A stretch of DNA of 42,277 nucleotides from an uncultured Thermotogae bacterium (GTDB lineage Bacteria; Bipolaricaulota; Bipolaricaulia; M55B111): assembly GCA_964599005.1 (NCBI GenBank), contig CAZRDU010000001.1, positions 1-42,277 on the forward strand, in the 5' to 3' direction. Position 1 is the first letter of the stretch; every line of letters starts with the position of its first letter. Shown piece after piece: positions 1 to 8,665 of this stretch. The notes below the pieces were generated by a model. That model worked only from the letters and a program-made list of their open reading frames with translations. It had not been told where the DNA came from and did not search any database. The position numbers and the translations under genes were made by a program.

Positions 1-680
1 TCGCTCATGTAATTGTAGCCTTCCCTGGGAACTATCCCGACGGAAAGTTTGAGCGACATCGTAAACTCCCCCCCGAACTGATGCGTCTTCAGGCAGGGTG
101 TGGTCACGATTTTTTCGGATTCGAGCATCGGCCGGGCAACACGGAATCCGTCTTCCCAGTGGCTGCTTTCCGGTCTCTGGAGCGGTAAATCCTCTTCCGG
201 CAATCGGTCAAAATTCACCAGATTAAAATCGAGTTCTTCCGCCAGTTCGTAAATTCCTTTATCCTCGAAAACCTCGTCCGTCGGCGGGGGTCCGCTCCTC
301 TCCCCCAGAGTGATCGGTCCGGCTTTCCGGTCCCTCAGCTCCTCCATTATACCGATCAAGGTATCATTGTGTGTGGAGGCCGGAAACGGGTCAGCGGTAT
401 TAAAATTGGGTTTCACCAGGACTTCCTTACCGGCAAATTCGTCATCAAGTTCCAGCGAGGCTATTGCCTCCCTGATACCTCGCCGGCGAGAATCGGTCTT
501 TATCACTGAAACCTTTGTCTCTGAGGAGACACTCCTATCCGCCGTAGAACCAGAAGCGCCCCGGGCCAGCCTCGGACCGAGGGCCCAGGCAAGCGAAGCC
601 CCCGAAATAGTTCGCAGAAAACTCCTCCGGTCAAAACCAACATCCAGCCAACTTTCCACCGTCTCTTTTATATCTGTCAT
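1..680 (-). CDS. DUF362 domain-containing protein with a twin-arginine (Tat) signal; the C-terminal end runs off the left edge of the window
   Basis: Absent from the ORF track because it has no stop codon in the window. Hand translation of the minus strand from the ATG at 680..678 gives MTDIKETVESWLDVGFDRRSFLRTISGASLAWALGPRLARGA (RRSFL motif plus a hydrophobic stretch). It continues KEVLVKPNFNTADPFPASTHNDTL ... TTPCLKTHQFGGEFTMSLKLSVGIVPREGYNYMS, which matches the KPN / KTH / SLK core typical of DUF362. The frame was checked at both ends (codon phase 680-3k) and stays open to position 3. Confidence 0.75.
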   Translation of the reverse strand, partial: MTDIKETVESWLDVGFDRRSFLRTISGASLAWALGPRLARGASGSTADRSVSSETKVSVIKTDSRRRGIREAIASLELDDEFAGKEVLVKPNFNTADPFPASTHNDTLIGIMEELRDRKAGPITLGERSGPPPTDEVFEDKGIYELAEELDFNLVNFDRLPEEDLPLQRPESSHWEDGFRVARPMLESEKIVTTPCLKTHQFGGEFTMSLKLSVGIVPREGYNYMS

Positions 681-946
681 TGTTTTCCTCTCCCTGAAGT
701 TATTTAAGCCAGTTTCACCCTCAAACTAATTTTATCACCATTGTTATAAATCATCAATTTATTAACGTGAAAGCCAAATTACTTAACAGGTAGTTGTCGT
801 CATATACCAAGATTGACTTAGCCGTATCCAGCCCGGCACGGTTGTTCAAGTTTAAAGGGCACTTTGCGAAAAAATTCGAGCAATCCGAAAGACCGAAAGG
901 CTTCGTGGATTTCCGGTTCAAGTTATTCAGAGCCGGGGGAATTATT

Positions 947-974
947 TTGTGATATCGGCAATCGCCTCTATAAT
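947..974 (+). promoter_or_regulatory. Candidate sigma70-type promoter of the aldo/keto reductase gene
   Basis: TTGTGA (947..952), 16-nt spacer, TATAAT (969..974), about 45 nt upstream of the start codon. Identified by eye only. Confidence 0.45.
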
Positions 975-1018
975 ATTTTGTCATTCCGGCCGAACTCAAA
1001 TACATTGAGGTGAAAAAG

Positions 1019-2026
1019 ATGAAATATCACTCCCTTGGAGATAGTGGCTTGATGGTCTCCGAAGCCTGTCTCGGGACGATGATTTTTGGCGAGGAAAGCG
1101 AAAGAAGCACTGACGAGGAAACCGCAATTAGAATGATCGATAGTTTCGTGGATTCCGGCGGCAATTTTATCGACACCGCAAACGTTTACGCCGACGGTCG
1201 TTCGGAGGAAATAGTCGGCAAGGCTTTAAAGAACCACGATAGGGATGACCTGGTGATTGCCACCAAAGTACGTTTTAGGATGGACGAGGGGCCAAATGAC
1301 GAAGGGTTATCGCGCAAGCATATTCTCGAGGCGTGCGAAGCCAGTCTGGATCGGCTCGATCTGGAGACGATCGACCTTTACTACCTCCATACGTGGGACC
1401 CGTTAACACCGATCGAGGAAACGATGAGGAGCCTGAAGTATTTGATAGATTCGGGCGTCGTCAGGTATATCGGCGTGAGCAACTTCCAGAGCTGGCAGGT
1501 AATGAAGGCAATGGAAGTCGGGAAAAACCTGGGAATGAGCCAATTTATCGCCGCCCAGTACCAGTACAGTCTGGTTGAGAGAAATATCGAGCGGGAATTT
1601 ATTCCGTTGTTCCGGAACGAAGGGCTCGGTCTCGTACCGTGGAGCCCGCTCGGCGGTGGATTTCTTTCGGGAAAATATAGAAAGGGAGACAAACCCGAGG
1701 AAGGAAGGCTATCAACGATGCCCGACGAAGCGGAAGAAGCTTGGCACCGGCGTTCCACGGAAAGAAACTGGAAGATAATTGAGAAAGTCGGGGAAATCGC
1801 GGAAAAACGGAACGTAACTTATCCCCAGGTCGCGCTCAACTGGTTGAGGGAGAAGTCAGCAGTGCCCTCGATGATCGTCGGGGCTCGAACCCCGGAACAG
1901 CTGGAAGACAACCTGGGCGCTTTCGACTGGGAACTGACTGAGGAGGAGATGGATGAGTTAGATCGGGTTTCCTCTCTCCCGCCGATTTATCCTTATAGAT
2001 TTATCAGAGAATTCAGCAAGAGATAA
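1019..2026 (+). CDS. Aldo/keto reductase family oxidoreductase
   Basis: ORF 1010..2026. Sequence MKYHSLGDSGLMVSEACLGTMIFG...GGNFIDTANVYADGRSEEIVGKAL...DLYYLHTWD...IGVSNF is typical of AKRs. The ATG at 1019 is preferred over the GTG at 1010 because GAGGTG lies 6 nt upstream of it. Confidence 0.92.
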   Translation: MKYHSLGDSGLMVSEACLGTMIFGEESERSTDEETAIRMIDSFVDSGGNFIDTANVYADGRSEEIVGKALKNHDRDDLVIATKVRFRMDEGPNDEGLSRKHILEACEASLDRLDLETIDLYYLHTWDPLTPIEETMRSLKYLIDSGVVRYIGVSNFQSWQVMKAMEVGKNLGMSQFIAAQYQYSLVERNIEREFIPLFRNEGLGLVPWSPLGGGFLSGKYRKGDKPEEGRLSTMPDEAEEAWHRRSTERNWKIIEKVGEIAEKRNVTYPQVALNWLREKSAVPSMIVGARTPEQLEDNLGAFDWELTEEEMDELDRVSSLPPIYPYRFIREFSKR

Positions 2027-2088
2027 TTCCGTGGATCAAGATTCCGAAAAACTCCCATCGGCCCACAATCATCTTCTTCTAGTCGGGT

Positions 2089-2130
2089 AAAAAATTCCCC
2101 CCGGGTCAAGAAGCCCGGAGGGGAATTTTT
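2089..2130. terminator. Bidirectional intrinsic terminator between the convergent AKR and rubrerythrin genes
   Basis: Inverted repeat AAAAAATTCCCCCCGGG / CCCGGAGGGGAATTTTT with an 8-nt loop. An A-run on the left and a T-run on the right supply a U-tract on both strands. Confidence 0.7.
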
Positions 2131-2171
2131 CATCTACGCTCTAGCTACCTAAAGGGGCCATTGACTATTCT

Positions 2172-2720
2172 CTATTCAAATGTCAGATAGTTATCCTCAG
2201 TGTCACAGACGGGGCAGACGTCGGGAGCCTCACCTTCTACGGTATGTCCGCAGACGCTACAGACCTGGAGGTCCCCGATATCCGGATCGTTACCTTTCTC
2301 TACCTCTTTCCTGGCTTCCCTGTACATCTTCGCATGGGTTTTCTCTGCAGCAAGCGCCCATTCGAATGACTTCTGCGCAGCTCCTTCGTCCTGAAACCTG
2401 GCTACTTCGAGATAAGTCGGATACATCTCTTCTATCTCGAACGTTTCCCCGTCTATTCCCTTCTGCAGGTTTGCGAGGGTATCTCCCACGCCGTAAGGAG
2501 ACTCCGCAACTGCCTTCCCTGCTTCTTCGGGCGAACGCCTGAGATGGTTCGTCGCGTGAACCCTCTCCGCGTAAGATATCGCCCCAAAGAGACGCGCGAC
2601 GTTCGGAAACCCTTCGTTTTCAGCTACCTCTGAATAAATCTGATACCTCATGTTCGCCTGGCTTTCGCCGGAAAAAGCACTTCTCAAATTATCCTTCGTC
2701 ATTTCGGAAACTTCTCGCAT
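2172..2720 (-). CDS. rbr: Rubrerythrin
   Basis: N-terminal ferritin-like diiron domain (LRSAFSGESQANMRYQIYSEVAENEG...ERVHA...). C-terminal rubredoxin-like CSVCGH...CPVC motif. GAGGTG lies 6 nt upstream of the ATG at 2720. Confidence 0.92.
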   Translation of the reverse strand: MREVSEMTKDNLRSAFSGESQANMRYQIYSEVAENEGFPNVARLFGAISYAERVHATNHLRRSPEEAGKAVAESPYGVGDTLANLQKGIDGETFEIEEMYPTYLEVARFQDEGAAQKSFEWALAAEKTHAKMYREARKEVEKGNDPDIGDLQVCSVCGHTVEGEAPDVCPVCDTEDNYLTFE

Positions 2721-2857
2721 TTACTTCACCTCTATTATGGATTAAAAAATTGTAGCACCTCTCCGAATAAAAACAAATACTTTTTCGGATTCTTTTAAAA
2801 TTAGAAAAGGTCAACGAGGCTTAACTCCCAGCTGATCGACATCTGAACATCACAGGT

Positions 2858-3922
2858 TTATATTCTGGAAGTCCGGCGCCGGTTCGCTCCAAACATCGGC
2901 CAGGATGAATCGGCCGGGCCCGGACTTTTCGTGTTGATCGCGTAAAGGTTTCCGTCCCCCGAACCGACGTATAGAGTCCCGTCCGGACCGATCACGGGGG
3001 AGGAATCAACCCAGGCTCCCGTTTCGTAGCGCCATCTGAGACCGCCGTCGGAGTTTATCGCGTAAATCCGTCTGTCGTAGGAGCCGACGTATAACGTTCC
3101 ATCTCCACCCACTGCCGGTGAAGACTCCACGTAATCGGACCAGCCTTTACCCGTTTTGCGGCGCCAGGCGAGCGTACCATCAGGGTTTAGCGAGTAAAGG
3201 TGATTGTCTTCCGTGCCGACGTAAATCCTGCCCTTCTCTCCGATCGCGGGAGACGAATATACTTCTCCCCCCGTCTCGTATTTCCACTTCAACTCGCCGG
3301 ATGGTGAGATAGCGTAAAGATATTTATCTTTCGATCCAATATACAGGGTTCCGTCTCTCGCAATGGCAGGGGACGAACTGACCCACCAATCCGTCTTGAA
3401 ACGCCACTTAAGGCTTCCGTCCGGCTTTACAGCGTAAACGTGATCGTCATAAGAGCCGACGTAAACTGTACCGTCGTCAGCCACGGCGGGAGAAGAACGA
3501 ACGACGAAGCCCAGGTCGTGGCGCCATTTAAACGAACCATCGGAACCGATAGCATAGAGATAACCGTCTTCCGAGCCCGCGTAAATTGTTCCGTCATAAC
3601 CGATAGCGGGGGAGGAACGGACCAGAAACCCCGTTTCGTAACTCCACCTTAAAGTGCCGTCCGGCTCTAACGAGTATATCCGGTGGTCTCCCGATCCAAA
3701 GTATATTCTTCCTTCTTTTCCGATCGCGGGAGTGGAGCGAACGATATAATTCGTTTTAAAGTTCCACTTAGGAGAGCCGTCGGGGTTTATCGCATACAGG
3801 TTACCATCGAAAGAACCGAAATAGATAGTACCTTCATCACCGATAGCAGGTGACGAGTAGACGTCGTTCTCAGTTTCATATCGCCACTTGAGAGTACCGG
3901 GGTTTTTCATATAGATCTGCAC
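2858..3922 (-). CDS. PQQ-like / BamB-like 8-bladed beta-propeller repeat protein with no obvious signal peptide
   Basis: Eight consecutive repeats of the pattern LKWxxxT...V.SSPAIG.DGTIYVGS.D..LYAI.PDG. Seven are exactly 40 aa and one is 44 aa. The C-terminus is SSWPMFGANRRRTSRI. The start is ambiguous: GTG at 3922 or ATG at 3910. Confidence 0.85.
   Translation of the reverse strand: MQIYMKNPGTLKWRYETENDVYSSPAIGDEGTIYFGSFDGNLYAINPDGSPKWNFKTNYIVRSTPAIGKEGRIYFGSGDHRIYSLEPDGTLRWSYETGFLVRSSPAIGYDGTIYAGSEDGYLYAIGSDGSFKWRHDLGFVVRSSPAVADDGTVYVGSYDDHVYAVKPDGSLKWRFKTDWWVSSSPAIARDGTLYIGSKDKYLYAISPSGELKWKYETGGEVYSSPAIGEKGRIYVGTEDNHLYSLNPDGTLAWRRKTGKGWSDYVESSPAVGGDGTLYVGSYDRRIYAINSDGGLRWRYETGAWVDSSPVIGPDGTLYVGSGDGNLYAINTKSPGPADSSWPMFGANRRRTSRI
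2921..3892 (-). repeat. Coding tandem repeat with about 120-nt period (the propeller blades)
   Basis: Periodicity read from the translated protein. Blades 1-6 and 8 are 40 codons and blade 7 is 44 codons. The repeats are diverged, not identical, at the nucleotide level. Confidence 0.8.
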
Positions 3923-3931
3923 TCCGTCCTA

Positions 3932-3949
3932 AAATAATCGGGATTATTT
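3932..3949. promoter_or_regulatory. Perfect 18-bp palindrome (candidate operator) just upstream of the propeller gene
   Basis: AAATAATC-GG-GATTATTT has 8-bp arms and a 2-nt centre. It lies 10-27 nt upstream of the GTG at 3922 on the minus strand. Confidence 0.35.
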
Positions 3950-4370
3950 CAGAATCAGAACCGGCAACCCGCGTAATATAAGTACCTGTCGCAGGCTATG
4001 TCACCCTGATCAATAAAGTTATTCTACCCTCTCGACGTTTTTGCTTTTTTCGATCCTCGAAGCCAGGGCAACCTTAATTTATCGAATTGAAAACTTCACG
4101 GAGAAGTCTAATCCCGATAATCCGACTCTCCTTAATAACGAAAGGACACATAGGCTCAAGTTCTAACGGTCGAAAATATTAATTATCTTCAGCTTTACAG
4201 GCATAAAATCTCGGGATTCGCCTTCAACTTCCGATATTTATGGTTTTCCGGATTCGTCGCGATAGTTAATAAGATCTTAAAACGACCCTCTTAGGTTATA
4301 CATGAAATACCAATGATCGCACAAAATTCAAATTCAATACTAACGATCTTTTACGGAGGTGCAATAAAAG

Positions 4371-4712
4371 ATGGAAGTCGAATTCAGAGTTAATTCAGAT
4401 CATCTGGGCTGGGACGATCCGGCAATAGAACCGGCGATAGATGAATATACGTCTTCTCTCTGGCCCTTCGGCCGCAGGGAAAAGGCACAGGAGAAACTGG
4501 AAGAAAAACAACAGGAGTTACTCGACAAACACGGCATAGAAAATGACTCTTCCCTCGGGGTCACGGTCTTAAAAGTCAACGACGTTGAAAGCGAGGATGA
4601 AGCCTGGGAGAAAGTAGAGGGGTTTAAAGAAGACCTGGACCAATTTTACCTTGAAGAATTTGATCTCGACGAGCCGATAGAAATATCTGCAAGAGAAAGA
4701 GCCGCAGTTTGA
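4371..4712 (+). CDS. Hypothetical acidic protein (113 aa) with no recognisable family
   Basis: The ORF has a strong GGAGGTG 9 nt upstream of the ATG. It is the first gene after a roughly 450-bp AT-rich spacer. I recognise no motif. Confidence 0.55.
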   Translation: MEVEFRVNSDHLGWDDPAIEPAIDEYTSSLWPFGRREKAQEKLEEKQQELLDKHGIENDSSLGVTVLKVNDVESEDEAWEKVEGFKEDLDQFYLEEFDLDEPIEISARERAAV

Positions 4713-4753
4713 CCGGGTAAACTTTAGATTTATCGAAGTGAGGAGGTGGCTTT

Positions 4754-5209
4754 TTGAAACTGGCTAAAAAGTTACCTTTTATCGAAGAAGAGGAGAAAGA
4801 AGAACGCGGGAGAGTTAGGCTCCTGGGAAAGCTGGAGGGGGACGGTGACTTCGATCCTTCGGATTTCAACGATCTAGTCGCGAGCGCAATAGATCACATG
4901 GACCGGAACAGAGAAGAAAAAGTGATTCTGGACGACAGGATAAGAGAGGAGAAGGACAAAGACGACTTGATGGAAAGACACCTTTCATACGATGTTAAAG
5001 TCGGGGAGAGCAAGGTAGCTCAGGGAGAAGATGGAAATGATATCGTAGAAGGCCCAACCCTGAAAGTGATACTTCGGGCACAACCCTCGAAAGCCATTGA
5101 GGTAAACGGGCCTTTTAAAATCTCCAAACCTTATAAAAACTCCCTCCGGAAAAAATACAGCGAAGAATACGGAGGGAATATTAACTTCCAGGATATTTTG
5201 ACCAGTTGA
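4754..5209 (+). CDS. Hypothetical acidic protein (151 aa) with no recognisable family
   Basis: TTG start with GGAGGTG (4741..4747) upstream. It lies 41 nt downstream of the previous gene on the same strand. Confidence 0.5.
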   Translation: MKLAKKLPFIEEEEKEERGRVRLLGKLEGDGDFDPSDFNDLVASAIDHMDRNREEKVILDDRIREEKDKDDLMERHLSYDVKVGESKVAQGEDGNDIVEGPTLKVILRAQPSKAIEVNGPFKISKPYKNSLRKKYSEEYGGNINFQDILTS

Positions 5210-5221
5210 CTAAAAACCACA

Positions 5222-5806
5222 ATGACCACCAGACCAGTCTTCGAGAGCCAGAACCTTTATTTCAAACCTCTGAATAAACAACACCTTGATACTTACGGAA
5301 ATTGGCTTAATGACTTAAGGATAAATAAATTTCTGGGCCCGATTACCGGATCCGTTTTTACCAGGGAAAAGGTCGAAAAATGGTATGAAGAAATGAAAGA
5401 ACAGGATGATAAAAGGATATTCGACCTGCATATCAAGGATGAAAGGGAAGAACCCATAGGTTATTGCGGTCTTTACGGTATCAATCACAGACACAGTCGG
5501 GCAACAATTCAGGTAATAATTGGTGAAAAGAACAAACAGAACAGTGGTTACGGAACGGAAGCGACTAGAACTCTCCTGGATTACGGGTTTTCCGTTCTCG
5601 GTCTTCATCATATAGATTTATCCATGATGGAGTCGAACGAAAGAGCGCGACGAGTCCCGAAAAAACTGGGGTTCCGGGAAGCCGGAAAAATACGAGACTA
5701 CTGGAAAATAAACGGTCAATTTCGAGACAGATTACTGATGGACATTACTAAAGAAGAATTTTTCGAAAAAAACGATTCAAATCTAAGCGAGGACTATCTT
5801 ACTTAA
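5222..5806 (+). CDS. GNAT family N-acetyltransferase (RimJ/RimL-like)
   Basis: 194 aa. The acetyl-CoA binding motif QNSGYGTEA (Q/R-x-x-G-x-G/A) is present. The fold pattern IGYCGLYGINHRHSRATIQVIIGEK...LGLHHIDLSMMESNERARRVPKKLGFREAG is typical of COG1670-type GNATs. Confidence 0.85.
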   Translation: MTTRPVFESQNLYFKPLNKQHLDTYGNWLNDLRINKFLGPITGSVFTREKVEKWYEEMKEQDDKRIFDLHIKDEREEPIGYCGLYGINHRHSRATIQVIIGEKNKQNSGYGTEATRTLLDYGFSVLGLHHIDLSMMESNERARRVPKKLGFREAGKIRDYWKINGQFRDRLLMDITKEEFFEKNDSNLSEDYLT

Positions 5807-5828
5807 TCAACCGTAAGAGGTGTGTAAT

Positions 5829-6383
5829 ATGGCCAGTTCAGAGGAATCGAGCAAAAAACTCTGGAAAAAAAGAGGAAAGTTTACTTTCTACACGATAATT
5901 GCTGCCGGTATCGGCTTTTTAATCGGTCTCTATCTTATAGCACCGATGCAGGCAAAATCGGGTGCCTATGTTCCCAAACCTGTTAAAGAAATGCCGACGG
6001 ATATGGTGCGTTTCAAGAATCCCGACGAGGGCCAGGTATTGCTCCCCCTAAAAATAGCCAATACTTACGATTCGCGAGAAAAAGGTCTTAATAAAGTCGG
6101 GGCCGAGGCTCTCGAAAACACTTACTTGCTCTACGCTCAGGACGATGTCACCACCTGGGAAGAGGATTATGACGTTTCCAAGATAAAAGCGGCCCTGTCC
6201 TTCGCCGTAATAAACGGAGAGGGTAAAGTGGTCGCGATAAAGAGTGCCAAACCGGGTGACGATAGCCTACCCGTAGAAAAGGACCACCGCTGGGTTCTCG
6301 CCATGAAAAAAGGACTATTAGAGGAATTTGGAATTAAAGTTGGGAGCAAGCTAGCTATTGACTCCCTTCCAAACACGGAATAA
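5829..6383 (+). CDS. Membrane-anchored DUF192-like protein
   Basis: N-terminal TM segment FTFYTIIAAGIGFLIGLYLIAP. The C-terminal part (LPLKIANTYDSREKGL...VLAMKKGLLEEFGIKVGSKL) resembles the DUF192/COG1430 pattern. The ATG at 5829 is preferred because AAGAGGTG lies 6 nt upstream; the ORF track starts at the GTG at 5820. Confidence 0.55.
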   Translation: MASSEESSKKLWKKRGKFTFYTIIAAGIGFLIGLYLIAPMQAKSGAYVPKPVKEMPTDMVRFKNPDEGQVLLPLKIANTYDSREKGLNKVGAEALENTYLLYAQDDVTTWEEDYDVSKIKAALSFAVINGEGKVVAIKSAKPGDDSLPVEKDHRWVLAMKKGLLEEFGIKVGSKLAIDSLPNTE

Positions 6384-6417
6384 CTATACTGCAAGCTTTT
6401 TACAACCCACGATCCCA

Positions 6418-6453
6418 GGTAAACTGCCCCGGATTCTCCCGGGGCAGTTTACC
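6418..6453 (+). terminator. Strong hairpin ending the 4371-6383 operon
   Basis: Perfect 15-bp inverted repeat GGTAAACTGCCCCGG / CCGGGGCAGTTTACC with a 6-nt loop. The downstream tract is only moderately T-rich. Confidence 0.6.
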
Positions 6454-6586
6454 AGCTCTTTACCTCCTTATTGGAGCTAAATTAATATAGACTGTACCCT
6501 CCTGGATCTACCTTCAACTGTCTGCAAAATCCTGTCTCTGGAGATAACTTCTCCTTCCACTTACCCGCCAACCGTTTTCTTACTGT

Positions 6587-7885
6587 TTGAGTCCCGAGGA
6601 GCTGGACCGTATATTATCCAGAGGCATCTTACTAACGAAGAGTAAATTCAATATGCTATTCAAATTTTCCGCTTACGGTTTCCTGAAGAATCTTCGATTT
6701 TTCGAACCTTTTCTTTACCTGTTTTTTCTGGAGAACGGGCTATCTTTCTTCCAAATCGGAATTCTAATCAGTATAAGAGAGATCTTTGTAAACCTATTTG
6801 AGATCCCGACCGGCGCTGTCGCTGACCTGTCAGGGCGCAGACGCGCCATGGTATTTTCCTTCAGCACATATATTTTATCGTTTTTGGTGTTTTACTTCTT
6901 CTCTGATTTCTTTCTTTTTATTCCGGCGATGATCCTCTTTGCGGGGGGTGAGGCCTTTAGATCGGGCACCCACAAGTCCATGATAATGGAATACCTGGAT
7001 ATCAACGACAGGAGCGATGAACAGGTAAGTTACTACGGAAAAACCCGTTCCGCTTCTCGTCTGGGCTCCGCCCTATCGGCACTACTGGCGGCTCTGATCG
7101 TCTTTTATCGCGGTAATTACAATGTCGTCTTCCTTGCCACGCTGTTACCCTATAGCCTTGATCTTATGTTGATGTTAACTTACCCGGAGGAACTTGACGG
7201 CGATATGTCCAATCCGGACCTCTCGGTCAGCAGAATGCTGGAACAGTTCAAGTCCAGCTTTAGTTCTATTTTTTCAACGGAACAAATGGGAAAAGTTCTC
7301 GTCAATGCGTCTATTTTCGACTCGCTGTTTAAAATTGGCAAGGATTATCTTCAGCCCATAATAAAAACTCAAGCGCTCGCCATACCCTTCCTGCTCTCGA
7401 TCAAAGACGGCCAGAGCAGGACCTCCCTTTTGGTCGGCGTTATTTATTTCTTCATCTATCTGAATAGCTTTGTATCTTCGCGAAAGTCTTCCCGGTTGAT
7501 GGAAAAAGTTGGTAGTCTCGGTCGCTCACTTAACTGGCTTCTCTGGGCGGACGTGCTCTTGTTTTTCGCGGCAGGGGTCGGAGTTCTTTTCGACTCCCTG
7601 ATAGTACCGGCAGTTTGTTTTCTGTTGTTCTATACCCTGTATAACCTCAGGAAACCCATGGTAGTAGGTTTCCTCGGAACGAGGATCCAGAGTAAGGAAA
7701 GGGCAACCATATTATCGGTTCATTCTCAACTCAGATCGATCTTTGGAATCGTAATTGCGCCGATTTTCGGTCTGCTGGCCGATCACTTCGGAATTTTTAC
7801 GGTCCTTGTATTTGGAGGTAGCGTGCTTTTGCTCGTTGGGCTAACTTTAAAAATATCGGTCCAGCCAGAAGAAAATAGAGCTTAA
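6587..7885 (+). CDS. MFS-type transporter
   Basis: About 12 hydrophobic segments. The loop motif GAVADLSGRRRAMV resembles the MFS D-R-x-G-R-R signature between TM2 and TM3. The start is uncertain: TTG at 6587 or ATG at 6653 (MLFKFSAYGF...). Confidence 0.75.
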   Translation: MSPEELDRILSRGILLTKSKFNMLFKFSAYGFLKNLRFFEPFLYLFFLENGLSFFQIGILISIREIFVNLFEIPTGAVADLSGRRRAMVFSFSTYILSFLVFYFFSDFFLFIPAMILFAGGEAFRSGTHKSMIMEYLDINDRSDEQVSYYGKTRSASRLGSALSALLAALIVFYRGNYNVVFLATLLPYSLDLMLMLTYPEELDGDMSNPDLSVSRMLEQFKSSFSSIFSTEQMGKVLVNASIFDSLFKIGKDYLQPIIKTQALAIPFLLSIKDGQSRTSLLVGVIYFFIYLNSFVSSRKSSRLMEKVGSLGRSLNWLLWADVLLFFAAGVGVLFDSLIVPAVCFLLFYTLYNLRKPMVVGFLGTRIQSKERATILSVHSQLRSIFGIVIAPIFGLLADHFGIFTVLVFGGSVLLLVGLTLKISVQPEENRA

Positions 7886-7948
7886 CCCAGGTCTGCGTTT
7901 TCGATTCCCCTTTCGGAGGACCAAGCCGTCTACTATAATGGATGGACG

Positions 7949-8665
7949 ATGAACACCACTAATAAGATATCGGTAATTATACCTGCGTACAACGAAGAAG
8001 ACTGGATTGAACTGCCCCTGGAAAGCCTGCAAAAACAGGATTTCGACGGAAAATACGAGATAATAGTGGTAAATAATGCTAGTACCGACGATACCGCAAA
8101 AGTGGCGGAAGAATTTGGCGTAAAAGTGATCGATGAACCTCAAAAAGGATATACCAGAGCATGCCAGACCGGCTTTGACGAAGCTTCCTTTCCGGTTATT
8201 GCCGTAACGGATGCGGATACCAAAGTCCCGCCCAACTGGCTTAACGAAATTAAAAAGGCTTTTTCCAAACCTGACGTTATAGGAACTTACGGTCCGGTAA
8301 CGTTTCACGATAATGACGGGTATTACAACTGGCTGGCAAAATACGGCTTCACGGCTTTTTTGAAGTTTAACGATCTCTTAGGCAAACCCCATTTTGATGG
8401 TTTTAACATGGCAGTTTCAAAAGAAGCGTTCGAAGAAGTTGGTGGATTCAATCTGGAGATGAAATCAGCCCCCGATGTTGACCTATCTCAGCGATTAACC
8501 AATCACGGAAAAATACTCTACAACGGAGACATGAAAGTGGAAACCTCGGCCAGACGGCTGGATGACTGGGGGTTGAAGTTTTTTATCCACCACGCAATAA
8601 ATTATTTCAATGTAGTCTGGTTGAGAAGACCGGATAAAGCGCGCGATTTCGACGATATAAGATGA
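7949..8665 (+). CDS. Family 2 glycosyltransferase (soluble, 238 aa)
   Basis: ISVIIPAYNEEDWI...IIVVNNASTDDT...VTDADT is the classic GT2 N-terminal Rossmann region with a DxD-like motif. The stop overlaps the next start (ATGA at 8662..8665). Confidence 0.88.
   Translation: MNTTNKISVIIPAYNEEDWIELPLESLQKQDFDGKYEIIVVNNASTDDTAKVAEEFGVKVIDEPQKGYTRACQTGFDEASFPVIAVTDADTKVPPNWLNEIKKAFSKPDVIGTYGPVTFHDNDGYYNWLAKYGFTAFLKFNDLLGKPHFDGFNMAVSKEAFEEVGGFNLEMKSAPDVDLSQRLTNHGKILYNGDMKVETSARRLDDWGLKFFIHHAINYFNVVWLRRPDKARDFDDIR

Noticed and set aside
310-729. 139-aa plus-strand ORF from the ORF track
   Set aside because: It is low-complexity and Ser/Pro-rich. It lies entirely antisense to a well-supported minus-strand DUF362 gene (1..680), which has a Tat signal and conserved motifs.
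754-1005. 83-aa minus-strand ORF in the DUF362 / AKR divergent intergenic region
   Set aside because: It has no SD and no recognisable motif, and its composition is odd (Cys/Asn-rich). It overlaps the predicted AKR promoter, so the region is more likely plain regulatory DNA.
2858-3922. A 120-nt periodic repeat that could superficially resemble a repeat array
   Set aside because: The periodicity is in-frame coding for the propeller blades. The copies are diverged, there are no spacer-like unique units, and there are no cas genes. It is not a CRISPR array or a satellite.
4371-5806. GNAT toxin-antitoxin module (TacT/AtaT-like toxin with an upstream antitoxin)
   Set aside because: The GNAT is a 194-aa RimJ/RimL-type enzyme. 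The upstream proteins show no ribbon-helix-helix/DUF1778-like N-terminus, are much larger than typical antitoxins and are highly acidic. The gene order and a fourth gene in the operon do not fit a TA pair.
7847-8308. 153-aa ORF antisense to the GT2 gene
   Set aside because: The sense strand has the canonical GT2 motifs, and the antisense product is Arg/Phe-rich with no SD.
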